A stretch of DNA of 64,000 bases. Origin: a virus. Numbering within the stretch: position 1 is the first letter of the stretch; each line of letters starts with the position of its first letter. Shown here piece by piece: positions 49,346 through 59,500 of the stretch. Location: the IMG/VR virus record IMGVR_UViG_3300042922_000911, positions 1-64,000 of that record. The stretch is one strand, 5' to 3'. The translations under genes were made by a program, and so were the position numbers. The notes under the pieces are model-generated. The model ran no database searches and was not told the origin of the DNA. It saw nothing but the letters and a program-made list of their open reading frames with translations.

Positions 49346-50286
49346 CCCCCGAGAAGAAGCCCCCCAAGGGGCGCGTGTTGAAGTTCCCCGGCACCAACCC
49401 CGGTGACGTGGTTTCCAAGCAGCTCCCGCCCGACACGGGCAGCACCCCGGCGACGCCGATCGCCGACCATGCGGTGATGGCGCTGCGCTACAAGGCCCGC
49501 ATGGACTTGAAGCCCTGCCCCGACTGTGGCGAGGCCCCCGTCGAGAAGCCGATCGGCCCCGGCGGCTCCCCGGTGCCGGTGTACTGCGATTGCCGGATGC
49601 AGCGGTACGCCGAGGCCGAGGCCACCCGCAACCGCGAGGTGCGCCGGATCGGCTGGCTGAACAAGTTTGAGCGGGTGCTGCCCGAGCGTCAGCACAAGGG
49701 GCTGACCCTCGACGCCCTCGACGACCTCCCCGAAACCCGGCGGGGCGTCGTGGTGGCCCAGGCCTTCATTGCCGGGGCCGACGAACACCTCGCCAAGGGC
49801 CACGGCCTGTTTTTCTACGGCGACCCCGGCACGGGCAAGGGCACGGTCAGCAAGTGCCTCGCCGGGGAGCTGGAAGCGAAGGGCTACCGGGTAGTTTGGG
49901 CCAAGCTGGAAGACCTGACGCAGCGCAGTTTCCGCAAGGACGCCCCCGAGCTGATGGAGGCGCTTTACAGCGCGGATCTCGTCGTGATCGACGAGCTCGG
50001 CTACACCGGCGAGAACCGGGCGAGCCTGAAAGTGTTGTTCCCGGTGATCGACTACCGCTTTGAAACCGGCAAAAGCACTATCTGCACCGCGAATTTCGAC
50101 GTGTACGCGCTGCAAGCCCGCTATCACTCATTCCTGATGCGTGACGAGGGCGAAACCCACGACACGGCGACGGTTCAAGTCGATCGGTGGCGAACCCGCA
50201 TGAATCCGCCTCGAGCCGTGCCCTTCAAGTTTGAGGGCCGCGATCTTCGCGACGTGTACGAGTACAACCCTTTCGAGGGGCTGTAA
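49342..50286 (+). CDS. DnaC/IstB-like AAA+ helicase loader
   Basis: CPDC..CDC, Walker A GDPGTGKG, Walker B LVVIDELG, TICTAN. Confidence 0.88.
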   Translation: MTPEKKPPKGRVLKFPGTNPGDVVSKQLPPDTGSTPATPIADHAVMALRYKARMDLKPCPDCGEAPVEKPIGPGGSPVPVYCDCRMQRYAEAEATRNREVRRIGWLNKFERVLPERQHKGLTLDALDDLPETRRGVVVAQAFIAGADEHLAKGHGLFFYGDPGTGKGTVSKCLAGELEAKGYRVVWAKLEDLTQRSFRKDAPELMEALYSADLVVIDELGYTGENRASLKVLFPVIDYRFETGKSTICTANFDVYALQARYHSFLMRDEGETHDTATVQVDRWRTRMNPPRAVPFKFEGRDLRDVYEYNPFEGL

Positions 50287-50346
50287 CAATGACCACCAGA
50301 CCTTCGGGGCCTGTCGCTGTGGCCCAAAACGAAGAGGGACGCGACA

Positions 50347-50961
50347 TTGAGCGCAAGGAACAACTGCAACTTCATCTGCCGCCTCGCCACCGACCCCGAG
50401 GTGCGCTATTTCGAGAACGGCAACAGTGTCACCCGGTTCCGCGTGGCGATCGTCGCCGGGTGGGGCGAGTACGAAGAGGCCAATTTCTTCGATGTGGAGT
50501 TCTGGGGCCAGCGCGGCGAAGCTCTCGCCGAGCGGTTCAAGACCGGCGGGCAGATCGGCATTTCCGGCGAGCTGACGATTAACAAGTTCGACGGCAAGGA
50601 CGGGGAAGTTCAAAAGCCCCTGATCAAGGGCCAGGACTGGACTTTCGCCGGGGAAACCGAGGGCAAGGGCGGCGGCAACGGCGGCGGCGGCGATCGCCCT
50701 CAAACCCGCTCGCAGGGCGGTTATAACGGTCAAAACCGGGGTAATTCCGATCGCCCCCAACAGCACCAGCGCGGCGGCGGCTCGCAGGGCGGGAACCGGG
50801 GCTATAACAACCAGCGCGGCGGCGGCCGTCAGGGTGGCGGGAACGGCTACCAGCGGGGCGGCCCGCAGCGCGGCAAGAACCTCGACCAGGGCAACGCGGA
50901 GGCCGATGCAGCCTTCGCCGGGATGCCCGAGGACTTGGGGGCGTGGCCCGAGGCCCGCTAA
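50347..50961 (+). CDS. ssb: Single-stranded DNA-binding protein
   Basis: NxCxFIxRLATDPEVRY..FFDVEFWG..GGQIGISGEL; Gly/Gln-rich tail. Confidence 0.92.
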   Translation: MSARNNCNFICRLATDPEVRYFENGNSVTRFRVAIVAGWGEYEEANFFDVEFWGQRGEALAERFKTGGQIGISGELTINKFDGKDGEVQKPLIKGQDWTFAGETEGKGGGNGGGGDRPQTRSQGGYNGQNRGNSDRPQQHQRGGGSQGGNRGYNNQRGGGRQGGGNGYQRGGPQRGKNLDQGNAEADAAFAGMPEDLGAWPEAR

Positions 50962-50997
50962 GCTCATAGGTATTTTGTTACACAGGAGAGCCGGAAA

Positions 50998-52023
50998 ATG
51001 GCTGATACCGTTCATTTCGACACCTTCCACCAGCCTAGCACGGCGGGGTTCTTGTGCCCCGTCTGTCAGGCGTTCTTCGGGGCCTCGACCCCGAAAGCCG
51101 CGCTGGAACAGCACGCTCGCTTCCACGTTCTCGGCGAGGCCCCCGTGCCTCACCGGGAAACGGCGGCGATCGCCCTGATCGGCCGCGAGATCCCCGTGCT
51201 GCCGGATGGCGGGTACGTGAAGCTCGTTGACTTCATGGGCAGCGATCAGCGCATCATCGACGGGGCGCGGGTGTCTTTGGTCGATGCGGCCGCCAAGAAG
51301 ACGCAGAGCCTCGCCGGGCTGATGGCCTACCTGATCCGCAACGCTCACACCAGCCCGCTCGAGCATGTGGTCTTCACGTTTGAGGTCTACTGCCCGATCT
51401 TCATTGCCCGCCAGTGGTTCAGGCACCGCACATGGTCGTTCTCCGAATGGTCAGGGCGTTACGGCGTGCTGCCCGACGCCTTCCACGTCCCTGACGACGC
51501 GCTTCTGTGCGGCCCGTCGGCCATGAACAAGCAGGGCTCGGGCGCGCAGCTCGACGCCGGCAGCCGCTCGATGGTTCGCGAGCTGCTGACCCGCGTGCAG
51601 CGCGCGGCGTTCGATGCCTATCACACCCTGCTCGGCCTGGGCCTCGCTGGCGAGAACGCCCGCATTCTGCTCCCCGTGGGCACCTACACCAAGTTTTACG
51701 CGACGGTGGACTTGAACAACCTGCTCAAGTTCATTGCCCTGCGCGAGGACGGCCACGCGCAGGCGCAAATTCAGGTCTACGGCGCGGCCCTGCGGCAGAT
51801 TGCCGAGGCCGTGGTGCCGGTGGCCATGGACGTGTTCAAGCGTCAGGTCCTCAACGGGGCGCGCTTCAACGAGGGGCAGAAGGGCGTGTTGCTCGCCCTC
51901 GCGGCCGTCGCCGGCCGTCAGGCGATCGTCGAGCAGATGGACGCCGCGGGGCTCACCAGCAAGAGCGAGCGCGGCGAGCTGCTGGCGAAGCTCGGCATGG
52001 AAGCCGAGGGGGAGGCCGCATGA
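50998..52023 (+). CDS. thyX: FAD-dependent thymidylate synthase with N-terminal C2H2-like finger
   Basis: HTSPLEH..RQWFRHRTWSFSEWSGRY. Confidence 0.95.
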   Translation: MADTVHFDTFHQPSTAGFLCPVCQAFFGASTPKAALEQHARFHVLGEAPVPHRETAAIALIGREIPVLPDGGYVKLVDFMGSDQRIIDGARVSLVDAAAKKTQSLAGLMAYLIRNAHTSPLEHVVFTFEVYCPIFIARQWFRHRTWSFSEWSGRYGVLPDAFHVPDDALLCGPSAMNKQGSGAQLDAGSRSMVRELLTRVQRAAFDAYHTLLGLGLAGENARILLPVGTYTKFYATVDLNNLLKFIALREDGHAQAQIQVYGAALRQIAEAVVPVAMDVFKRQVLNGARFNEGQKGVLLALAAVAGRQAIVEQMDAAGLTSKSERGELLAKLGMEAEGEAA

Positions 52024-52811
52024 CCGCTTTCCCCGTCCCTTGCCAGCGGATCTACCTCGCCGGGGCGCAAGCGGCCTATGCCGACGACGTGCGCGGCCGG
52101 TTGCTGCTGTCGAGCTACGGCGACAAGAACGTGACGCGCGTCATGGCGGCGCTCGAGGCGGGCGGCTGGCTGATTGATTCGGGTGCCTACACAGCCTGGT
52201 CGAAAGGCCGGGCGATCGACCTCGACGGCTACATGAGCTTTCTCGATCAGGCGCTCGGGGCCTACCCCGTCGATGGGTACTTCGCCCTGGACGTGATTCC
52301 CGGCCGCGTGGGCGGGATGCCGACGGCCGACGAGGTTAAGCGGGCGTGGGAAGCGTCCATGGTCAACCTCGACCGGATGCAGGCTCGAGGCTTCGCGCCG
52401 ATTCCGGTCTTCCACTTCGGGGCGGATTGGGCACGGCTCGACGAGCTCATAGCCGGGGGGTTCGACGTGATCGCCCTCGGCGGCACAGTCAAGAAGCCCC
52501 GGCCCGCCGTGCTGGCGTGGCTCGACGAGGCGTTCGCCCGCTACCCCGCGCAGAAATTCCACGGCCTCGGCTGCACCAGCGAGGCCCAACTTACCCGAAT
52601 CCCCTTCTGGTCGTGCGATTCGACTTCGTGGCTGACCCTCGCCATGTTCGGCGTGGGCGGCAACGAATGGCTGCTTCGTGGGCGATCGTCGAGGGCTCTT
52701 CGCCGCATCGGCCTGGTCGCCTTCGACGACCTCGCATCGAACGCGGCCCCCCGCAAACCACGCGCCCGGCGCAAGACGGTGACGCAGCTCCCCCTAGCCT
52801 TTGAGAGGTGA
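52020..52811 (+). CDS. TGT-fold DpdA-like DNA transglycosylase
   Basis: IDSGAY..LDVIPG..IPVFH..IALGG..FHGLG..SCDSTSW; adjacent to queDEC. Confidence 0.75.
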   Translation: MTAFPVPCQRIYLAGAQAAYADDVRGRLLLSSYGDKNVTRVMAALEAGGWLIDSGAYTAWSKGRAIDLDGYMSFLDQALGAYPVDGYFALDVIPGRVGGMPTADEVKRAWEASMVNLDRMQARGFAPIPVFHFGADWARLDELIAGGFDVIALGGTVKKPRPAVLAWLDEAFARYPAQKFHGLGCTSEAQLTRIPFWSCDSTSWLTLAMFGVGGNEWLLRGRSSRALRRIGLVAFDDLASNAAPRKPRARRKTVTQLPLAFER

Positions 52812-52815
52812 ACCC

Positions 52816-53268
52816 ATGACCACGACGACCCCTTACGTCGCGACCGTGTGGCGAGAAGTCGAGTTTCACGCCAGCCACCAGCTTCCCTACCACGACGGCA
52901 AATGCGCGCGGCCCCACGGCCACAACTTCAAGATGCGCGTGAGCGTCACCGGCCCCGTGCAGGACGACGACCCCGCGAATCCCGAGAGCGGCATGGTGAT
53001 CGACCTCGCCAAGCTCGGCGACCTGATGAAGACGGCCGGGGAGCTGTACTTCGACCACCACAACATCAACGAAACGACGGGCATCCTGTGCCCGACCTCC
53101 GAGCGGCTGGCGTGGTACGTCGGCATCTACGCCAAGCACCACATCGAGGCCCGCGACGGCGCGGCCTACGTGTCGAGCGTGAGCGTCCAAGAAACCGACC
53201 GATCGGGGGCGATCGTCGCCTTTGTCGGCAAGGGCGTCGAGAGCGGGAGGGAAGCGGCATGGGTGTAA
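52816..53268 (+). CDS. queD: 6-carboxytetrahydropterin synthase
   Basis: FHASHQL..KCARPHGHN..GMVID..DH..PTSE..ET. Confidence 0.92.
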   Translation: MTTTTPYVATVWREVEFHASHQLPYHDGKCARPHGHNFKMRVSVTGPVQDDDPANPESGMVIDLAKLGDLMKTAGELYFDHHNINETTGILCPTSERLAWYVGIYAKHHIEARDGAAYVSSVSVQETDRSGAIVAFVGKGVESGREAAWV

Positions 53269-53930
53269 GCGTCAGCTACCCCGTCGCCGAGCTCTTCGCG
53301 AGCTTCCAGGGCGAGGGCGTCTTCGCTGGTCAGGGGGCCTTGTTCGCCCGCTTGATGGGCTGTGACGTGAAGTGCTGGTTCTGCGACCAGGCCGAAACGT
53401 GGCGACCCGACGCCGTGAAGCTCGACGGCATCCGGCACATGCACGGCTACGAGATCGCCGAGGCGCTTCACGCCCTCGTCGGTGGCGACTATGCCAAGAT
53501 GCCCGAGCGGGTGATCGTCACCGGCGGCGAGCCGACCATTCACGATCTCGCGCCGCTCTTCCACGCCCTCGACGACATTGGGCTGAACGTCCATGTCGAA
53601 ACCGCCGGGCACCGGCCGCTGCCCCGCGGGGCGCATTGGGTGACGGTCGCACCGAAGCTGGTGCCCAAGTACCCCGGCATCAACCGCGACACGCTGCTCG
53701 CGGCCCATGAGTTCAAGTGCGTGGTGACGGAACCCGGCGACATGGCCCGCTATGACACGCTTTTCGCCGAGCATCCGGTCTTTAACCACCTCAAGACGCC
53801 CGTTTACTACATTCCCGAGGCATCGAAAGTCAACGATGGGGCCATTCTCGCGGCGATCGCCGAGCGGGTCGGCCGGGGCGGCCGGTATCGCGCCGGGGTG
53901 CAGCTCCACAAGCAGTTTGCGGTCAGGTAG
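53259..53930 (+). CDS. queE: 7-carboxy-7-deazaguanine synthase (radical SAM)
   Basis: SFQGEG..CDVKCWFCD..TGGEP..ETAG..QLHK. Confidence 0.93.
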   Translation: MGVSVSYPVAELFASFQGEGVFAGQGALFARLMGCDVKCWFCDQAETWRPDAVKLDGIRHMHGYEIAEALHALVGGDYAKMPERVIVTGGEPTIHDLAPLFHALDDIGLNVHVETAGHRPLPRGAHWVTVAPKLVPKYPGINRDTLLAAHEFKCVVTEPGDMARYDTLFAEHPVFNHLKTPVYYIPEASKVNDGAILAAIAERVGRGGRYRAGVQLHKQFAVR

Positions 53931-53935
53931 GAAGG

Positions 53936-54631
53936 ATGAACCCCATGAACATTCGTCGCAGCGTGGTTGTGCTGTCGGGCGGGCTGGATTCGACGACGTG
54001 CGCCCTGATGGCGAACGCCCTGACCTCGGTCGCGGCCGTGGTGCATTTCGACTACGGCCAGCGGCACGGCGTCGAGCGGGAATGCTTCGACTATTGGGCC
54101 AAGCGGCTCGCCGTTCCGGCCTACGTCATTCCCGTGCCCTCGCTCGAGCTGGTGGGGGCGTCGGCCCTCACGGCCGGGCCGTTGGCCCTCGACCCCAACG
54201 AGCGGCACCCGCAGAACGCGACGCTGCCGGCGAGCTTCGTGCCCGGCCGCAACCTCGTCTTCCTCACCCTCGCAGCCGCGCTCGCCGAAAAGCTCGGCGC
54301 GTCGGAGGTCTGGACGGGCGTGTGCGGCAACGACCACGCGGGCTACCCCGACTGTCGCCCCGACACGATGGAAGCCTTGCAGCTCGCCATCCGGCGCGGC
54401 ATGGGCACCGACGGAATCAAGCTGATCACGCCCTTCATTCATCAGGACAAGGGCTCGATCTGGAAGGCGGCCGAAGCCACTGGCCACCTCGCCGAGATCA
54501 TCGAGCATACGCATACCTGCTACCGGGGCGAGCGCAAGCGGCGGCTCCCGTGGGGCTACGGTTGCAGCCGGTGCATGGCCTGCGACGAGCGCCGCGCGGG
54601 CTTCAACGCCCATTTCGGCGATCGGAGGTAG
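53936..54631 (+). CDS. queC: 7-cyano-7-deazaguanine synthase
   Basis: SGGLDS, FDYGQRH, VPGRN, YPDCR, TCY..CSRCMAC. Confidence 0.95.
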   Translation: MNPMNIRRSVVVLSGGLDSTTCALMANALTSVAAVVHFDYGQRHGVERECFDYWAKRLAVPAYVIPVPSLELVGASALTAGPLALDPNERHPQNATLPASFVPGRNLVFLTLAAALAEKLGASEVWTGVCGNDHAGYPDCRPDTMEALQLAIRRGMGTDGIKLITPFIHQDKGSIWKAAEATGHLAEIIEHTHTCYRGERKRRLPWGYGCSRCMACDERRAGFNAHFGDRR

Positions 54632-54633
54632 CC

Positions 54634-54867
54634 ATGGACACGCAGATCGATCGGGTTGAAATGACCGTGCATGGTGTCGTTCGCGACGACCACGCCGCCG
54701 TTCCTTTCCGCGTGACGTTCTCGGGGCGCGGGGCGGTGGATGCCTCGCTGTTCTTCCCCGATGGGGTCGATGAAGAGGCCTTGTACCTGCCCATGCTGCA
54801 CGCGGCCGTCATGGCGGCGTGGAAAGCCAGGCCCAAGAAGGCGACAGCGGCGAGGGGGGCGGATTGA
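54634..54867 (+). CDS. Small hypothetical protein
   Basis: GGAGG SD; stop overlaps the MTase start. Confidence 0.6.
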   Translation: MDTQIDRVEMTVHGVVRDDHAAVPFRVTFSGRGAVDASLFFPDGVDEEALYLPMLHAAVMAAWKARPKKATAARGAD

Positions 54868-56180
54868 TGCTACGGAAGGGACTTGTCACCCGAAACGACC
54901 GCTGGGAGCTTCATTACGGCGATTGCCTGAAAGACGGCATTCTCGCCTCGATGCCCGACGAGAGCGTTCACAGCGTCGTTCTCGACGGCCCGTATGGGTT
55001 CGACCCGAAGAAGGACGACTATCAGGCCGGCGACGACGCCCCGGCAACCGCTGGCGAGGGGAGCTGGGACCAGGCCGACGCCCGGCGCGACATGTCAGAC
55101 GCCGCCCAGGCCGACGACCTCACCGAGGCCGAGCGCCTGCGGAACCGGCTGACCCGTGGGGTCAACTACCTCGACGGCGGCGATCGCCTCACCACCGACA
55201 ACGAAACGTGGGGCGTGGATTCGGTCGTCGGCGGCTACGCGGCCGAGAAGGGCATGGTCGAGCTGCCCCGCTACATCATGCCGCCGGAAGCCATGTTCAA
55301 CTTTCAGCTTTGGTGCGCCGAGTGGGCGCGCGAAGACTTGCGGCTGCTCAAGCCCGGCGGCTTCCTGCTCGCCTTCTGCTCGACGAAGTGCTATCACCGG
55401 CAGGCCGTGGGCATCGAAGACGCGGGCTTTGAGGTGCGCGACATGATCCACTGGATCTACGGCCAGGGCATGCCCAAGGGCACCATGGCCTGGAAGGCCT
55501 ACGAACGCAGCTCCAAGGCCCCCGCCGGCCTGAAAGCCAAGAAGAAAGGCACGATCCTCACCACGCCCGAAACCGACGAGGGCCGCGCGCTCTTCGGCTG
55601 GCACACGGGGCTCAAGCCCGGCCATGAGCCGATCGTCGTCGCCCGCAAGCCGTTCAAGGGCACCATCTACGGCAACATGCAGGCGCACGGCACCGGGGCG
55701 TTCAACATCGAGGGCTGCGCGGTGCCCGGTGGCCTCGACCAGGACGACCGGCACCCGTCGAACGTGATTGTGACCCACAGCCCCGAGTGTGTGAAGGGCG
55801 CGGCGTGCGTGCCGTGGTGCCCCGTGCCGCAGATGGAGGCGCGCTTCGCTGGCGCGTCGGGCTACTTCAAATGCCTGTATTGGGAGCCGGGCGAGTGGGA
55901 ATGGCAAGTGGCGAGCCGCTACGTGCCCAAGCCCGGCAAGAAAGAGAAGGGCGCGGGCCGGGAACACCCGACCGTGAAGCCCGTGGCCCTGATGAAAGAG
56001 CTTACCCGGCTTGTGACCCCTCGAGGGGGCCGCGTGCTGGATCACTTCGGCGGGTCAGGCACGACGGGCGTCGCTGCCATCGACGAAGGCTTTTACCCCG
56101 TGCTGGTTGAGCGTGCCCCCAAGTACCTACGCATCATCCAGCAGCGTTGCGGGAGCGCACAGCTCCCCCTATTCAAATAG
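54867..56180 (+). CDS. DNA amino-methyltransferase (N4C/N6A, beta class)
   Basis: DGPY (motif IV variant), WIYGQGMPK, LKPGHEPI, HPTVKP, DHFGGSGTTG. Confidence 0.85.
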   Translation: MLRKGLVTRNDRWELHYGDCLKDGILASMPDESVHSVVLDGPYGFDPKKDDYQAGDDAPATAGEGSWDQADARRDMSDAAQADDLTEAERLRNRLTRGVNYLDGGDRLTTDNETWGVDSVVGGYAAEKGMVELPRYIMPPEAMFNFQLWCAEWAREDLRLLKPGGFLLAFCSTKCYHRQAVGIEDAGFEVRDMIHWIYGQGMPKGTMAWKAYERSSKAPAGLKAKKKGTILTTPETDEGRALFGWHTGLKPGHEPIVVARKPFKGTIYGNMQAHGTGAFNIEGCAVPGGLDQDDRHPSNVIVTHSPECVKGAACVPWCPVPQMEARFAGASGYFKCLYWEPGEWEWQVASRYVPKPGKKEKGAGREHPTVKPVALMKELTRLVTPRGGRVLDHFGGSGTTGVAAIDEGFYPVLVERAPKYLRIIQQRCGSAQLPLFK

Positions 56181-56207
56181 GCCCGAGGCCGGGCCGGGAG
56201 GACCACC

Positions 56208-56855
56208 ATGGAGAACCACAACCCCTTAACCCTCGACGAGCTCGCCGAAGAGCTCGCGCAGACGAGAACCGCGTGCGACGAGCTGGAAGCAGCCGCCGGC
56301 CGCTACGCGAGCATCTTCGACCGTTTCATGCTGCCCTTAGCTGCCGCCGCGGGCATCCCCGGCGTGCAAGACCCCGAGGTAGTCTTGCCCGAGGCGATCG
56401 CCCGGCTTGTTACACAGGACGGGATGATCGACCGGCGGAACGACCGGCTAAACCAGCCTGACGACGGCTGGAAGGGTGCATGCATGGCCCTCGCCCAGGT
56501 CGTCGCCGACAACCCGCGCTTGGGCCACCTGATGCCCATAGGGCTCGAGGTCAGCGTCACCGACCTCATTACACAGGCGATCACCTACCTGTCGCGCGAC
56601 CTCGACAATGCCGAGGCCGAGGTGAAGAGCCTGCGCGAGCGCCTGCAAAGCGAGCAGCAAGCCCACGGCGGCACGTTCGCGCGCCTGAAAGCGGCGCAAC
56701 GAGAGGCGGGCGCGGCCTACGACATTCTCGGCGACGCCTCGCTCGCGGTGAACGTGGCGAGTGACGTGCTTCGCAGCGTTCGCGACGGCGTGCTGCGCGA
56801 AGACGTGCCCGAGGGCGTGGCAGAAACGGCCGTTCCCGAGGCCCCTGAATCGTAA
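56208..56855 (+). CDS. Hypothetical coiled-coil protein
   Basis: GGAGG SD; helical. Confidence 0.65.
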   Translation: MENHNPLTLDELAEELAQTRTACDELEAAAGRYASIFDRFMLPLAAAAGIPGVQDPEVVLPEAIARLVTQDGMIDRRNDRLNQPDDGWKGACMALAQVVADNPRLGHLMPIGLEVSVTDLITQAITYLSRDLDNAEAEVKSLRERLQSEQQAHGGTFARLKAAQREAGAAYDILGDASLAVNVASDVLRSVRDGVLREDVPEGVAETAVPEAPES

Positions 56856-57037
56856 CATAGGGGACAGAAACGCCCCCTTGCTCGACGCCCCAAGCGGCCA
56901 CAGCAGCGCCTTTCGGCCGCGCTGGCCGGTTATGTTACTTGCATTGTTGAGCATTGATAAGTTTCCAGTCGAAAGTTTGCATACTAGCGCCTGAGTGTTT
57001 TACATTGGGAAACATTCGGCAGGAAGGAGCCACCCGC

Positions 57038-59470
57038 ATGATCACGGCAAACGCGCAAAGCGTGCTGGAAAAGCGGTATTACCTGAAAGACGACAGCGGC
57101 GTTCTGATTGAGAAGACGCCCGAGGACCTGTGGGGCCGCGTGAGCCGCGCCGTCGCTGAACCCGAGCGGGTTTACAGCGCCGAGGCCTACGACCTGGCCC
57201 AAGCCAACTTTTACGGCATTCTGCTCGCGGGCGACTTCACGCCCAACAGCCCGGCGATCGCCAACGCGGGCGCGCGCACCGGCCAGTGTTCGGCGTGCTT
57301 CGTGCTGCCGCTCGAGGACGACCTGGGCGGCATCTTCGACACCGTGAAGCACACGGCACTCATTCACCAGACTGGCGGCGGCACCGGGTTCAGCCTGTCG
57401 CGCCTGCGGCCGAAAGACGACTTCGTGCGCTCGACCGGCGGCAAGTCGAGCGGCCCGCTCACCTTCGCCGACGTGCTGAACGCGGCCACCGAGAGCATCA
57501 AGCAGGGCGGCATGCGCCGGGGTGCCAACATGGGCATGTTGCGGATCGATCACCCTGACATTCTCGACTTCATCGAGTACAAAGACGACCTGACCAAGCT
57601 CACCAACTTCAACATCAGCGTCGCCGTTACACAGGCGTTTCTCGACGCCTACGACGCCGGCACCAGCTACGACCTGATCAACCCGCGCACCGGGGCCGTC
57701 ACCGGAAGCCTCGACGCCCGCACGGTCATGAAGAACATCGTTCACCACGCCTGGAAGACGGGCGAGCCGGGCCTTGCCTTCATCGACCGCATGAACGAGT
57801 ATTGCCCGGTGCCCTGGATGGGGCAGTACGAGGCGACCAACCCGTGCGGCGAACAGCCCCTTTTGCCCTACGAGAGCTGCAACCTCGGCAGCATCGACCT
57901 CGCGAAGTTCGTCGTCGAGACACCGACCGGCCCCGCGCTCGACTGGAACCGGCTGGCGTGGGCGATTCACGTCGGGACGCACTTCCTCGACAACATCGTG
58001 TCGATCAACCAGTTCCCGATCCCCGAGCTGAAACGCATGAGCGACCTCACGCGCAAGATCGGCCTCGGCGTGATGGGATGGGCGCGGCTGCTGCTGCTGC
58101 TCGGCATCGGTTACGGCAGCGACGAATCGCTCTCGCTCGCCCGTCAGGTGGCCTCGTTCCTCGACTACCATTCCAAGCTCGCGAGCATCGAGCTTGCCAA
58201 GTGGCGGGGCAGCTTCCCGGCACGCGCCGGGCACGAAGACGAGTTCAATGCGTTCTTCGACCGCATCTGCGCCGAGCGTCAGGCCAAGCCCGACCGTCAC
58301 CCGTCGTGCGACTACATCAGCCTCGCCGAGCTGCAACGGCAGTACGGCATCAGGAACAGCAACACGACGACCGAGGCCCCCACGGGCACGATCTCGATTA
58401 TCGCCGGCACCACGGGCGGCATCGAGCCGATCTTCGCGCTGGCCTTCAAGCGGTGGCAGGCCGACATGCACATGCTGGATTCGGAACCGACCTTTGAAGC
58501 GTTCCTCGCCAAGCGCGGGTTCGACGCCGAGCGCCTGGTCGAGCTGCTGCGTCAGGTGGACGAGAACCACGGGACGCTGACCGGCCTCGACGTGACCCCG
58601 TACAGCGCCCATGAGCAAAGCATCATCGACGCGGCCCGCCCCATCTTCACGGTGGCCCATGACGTGACGCCGCGCCAGCACATCGAAACGCAGGCGGCGT
58701 GGCAGGACTTCAACGATAGCGCCATCAGCAAGACCGTCAACTTCGACGAGAGCGCGACCGAAGACGACGTGGAAGAGGTGTACAAGCTCGCCATCCTGCG
58801 CGGCTGCAAGGGCGTGACGGTTTACCGCAACAACAGCCGCAAGCACCAGCCGCTCAGCGTCAGCGAGAAGCCCGCGGCCGACCTTGCGGCCCCCGAGGTG
58901 GCGGCGGCGATCGCCCGCGCGGCCGACCGCATTCTCGCCACCGAGCCCCGCGAGCGTCGCACCGACCTGTACGGGTACACCCGCGAGGTCAAGACCGGGG
59001 AGGGTAACTTGTACCTGACGCTCAACTACGACGAGCAGGGGTTGCGCGAGGTGTTCGGCAACCTCGGCCGCTCGGGCGGCACGCTCCACAGCCTCACCGA
59101 GGCGATCGGCCGGCTGGCCTCGCTCGCCTTGCAGTTCAACGTGCCCCGCGACGAGGTGGCGCGTGCCCTCGTCGGCATCCGAGGCCCCGAGCCGGTCGGG
59201 TTCGGCCCTCGACAGATTCTCTCGATCCCCGACGCCATCGGCAAGGCGATCGCGTCAGCTCCCCGTTCCCTTAACGGTGAGCTGCCCACGATGGAAGCCC
59301 CACGCGAGGCGATCGCCAAGCAGCCGGTTCCCGTCGCTGCCGAGGCCAAACGGCTCGAGGCCGTCGCCGTCTACGGCAAGTCGCCCGATTGCCCTGAATG
59401 CAGCTCTCGCCTCGACTTCGGGGAAGGCTGCATGACGTGCCATTCGTGCGGCTACTCGAAATGTAGCTAG
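57038..59470 (+). CDS. nrdJ: Class II (B12-dependent) ribonucleotide reductase with C-terminal Zn ribbon
   Basis: PNSP, CSACFV, GGGTG, RRGANM, TNPCGEQ, CNLGS, APTGT, SKTVN, C-terminal CPEC..CHSCGYSKC; no beta subunit adjacent. Confidence 0.92.
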   Translation: MITANAQSVLEKRYYLKDDSGVLIEKTPEDLWGRVSRAVAEPERVYSAEAYDLAQANFYGILLAGDFTPNSPAIANAGARTGQCSACFVLPLEDDLGGIFDTVKHTALIHQTGGGTGFSLSRLRPKDDFVRSTGGKSSGPLTFADVLNAATESIKQGGMRRGANMGMLRIDHPDILDFIEYKDDLTKLTNFNISVAVTQAFLDAYDAGTSYDLINPRTGAVTGSLDARTVMKNIVHHAWKTGEPGLAFIDRMNEYCPVPWMGQYEATNPCGEQPLLPYESCNLGSIDLAKFVVETPTGPALDWNRLAWAIHVGTHFLDNIVSINQFPIPELKRMSDLTRKIGLGVMGWARLLLLLGIGYGSDESLSLARQVASFLDYHSKLASIELAKWRGSFPARAGHEDEFNAFFDRICAERQAKPDRHPSCDYISLAELQRQYGIRNSNTTTEAPTGTISIIAGTTGGIEPIFALAFKRWQADMHMLDSEPTFEAFLAKRGFDAERLVELLRQVDENHGTLTGLDVTPYSAHEQSIIDAARPIFTVAHDVTPRQHIETQAAWQDFNDSAISKTVNFDESATEDDVEEVYKLAILRGCKGVTVYRNNSRKHQPLSVSEKPAADLAAPEVAAAIARAADRILATEPRERRTDLYGYTREVKTGEGNLYLTLNYDEQGLREVFGNLGRSGGTLHSLTEAIGRLASLALQFNVPRDEVARALVGIRGPEPVGFGPRQILSIPDAIGKAIASAPRSLNGELPTMEAPREAIAKQPVPVAAEAKRLEAVAVYGKSPDCPECSSRLDFGEGCMTCHSCGYSKCS

Positions 59471-59500
59471 AAGACCACCACGACAGGAAAAGACCACCAC

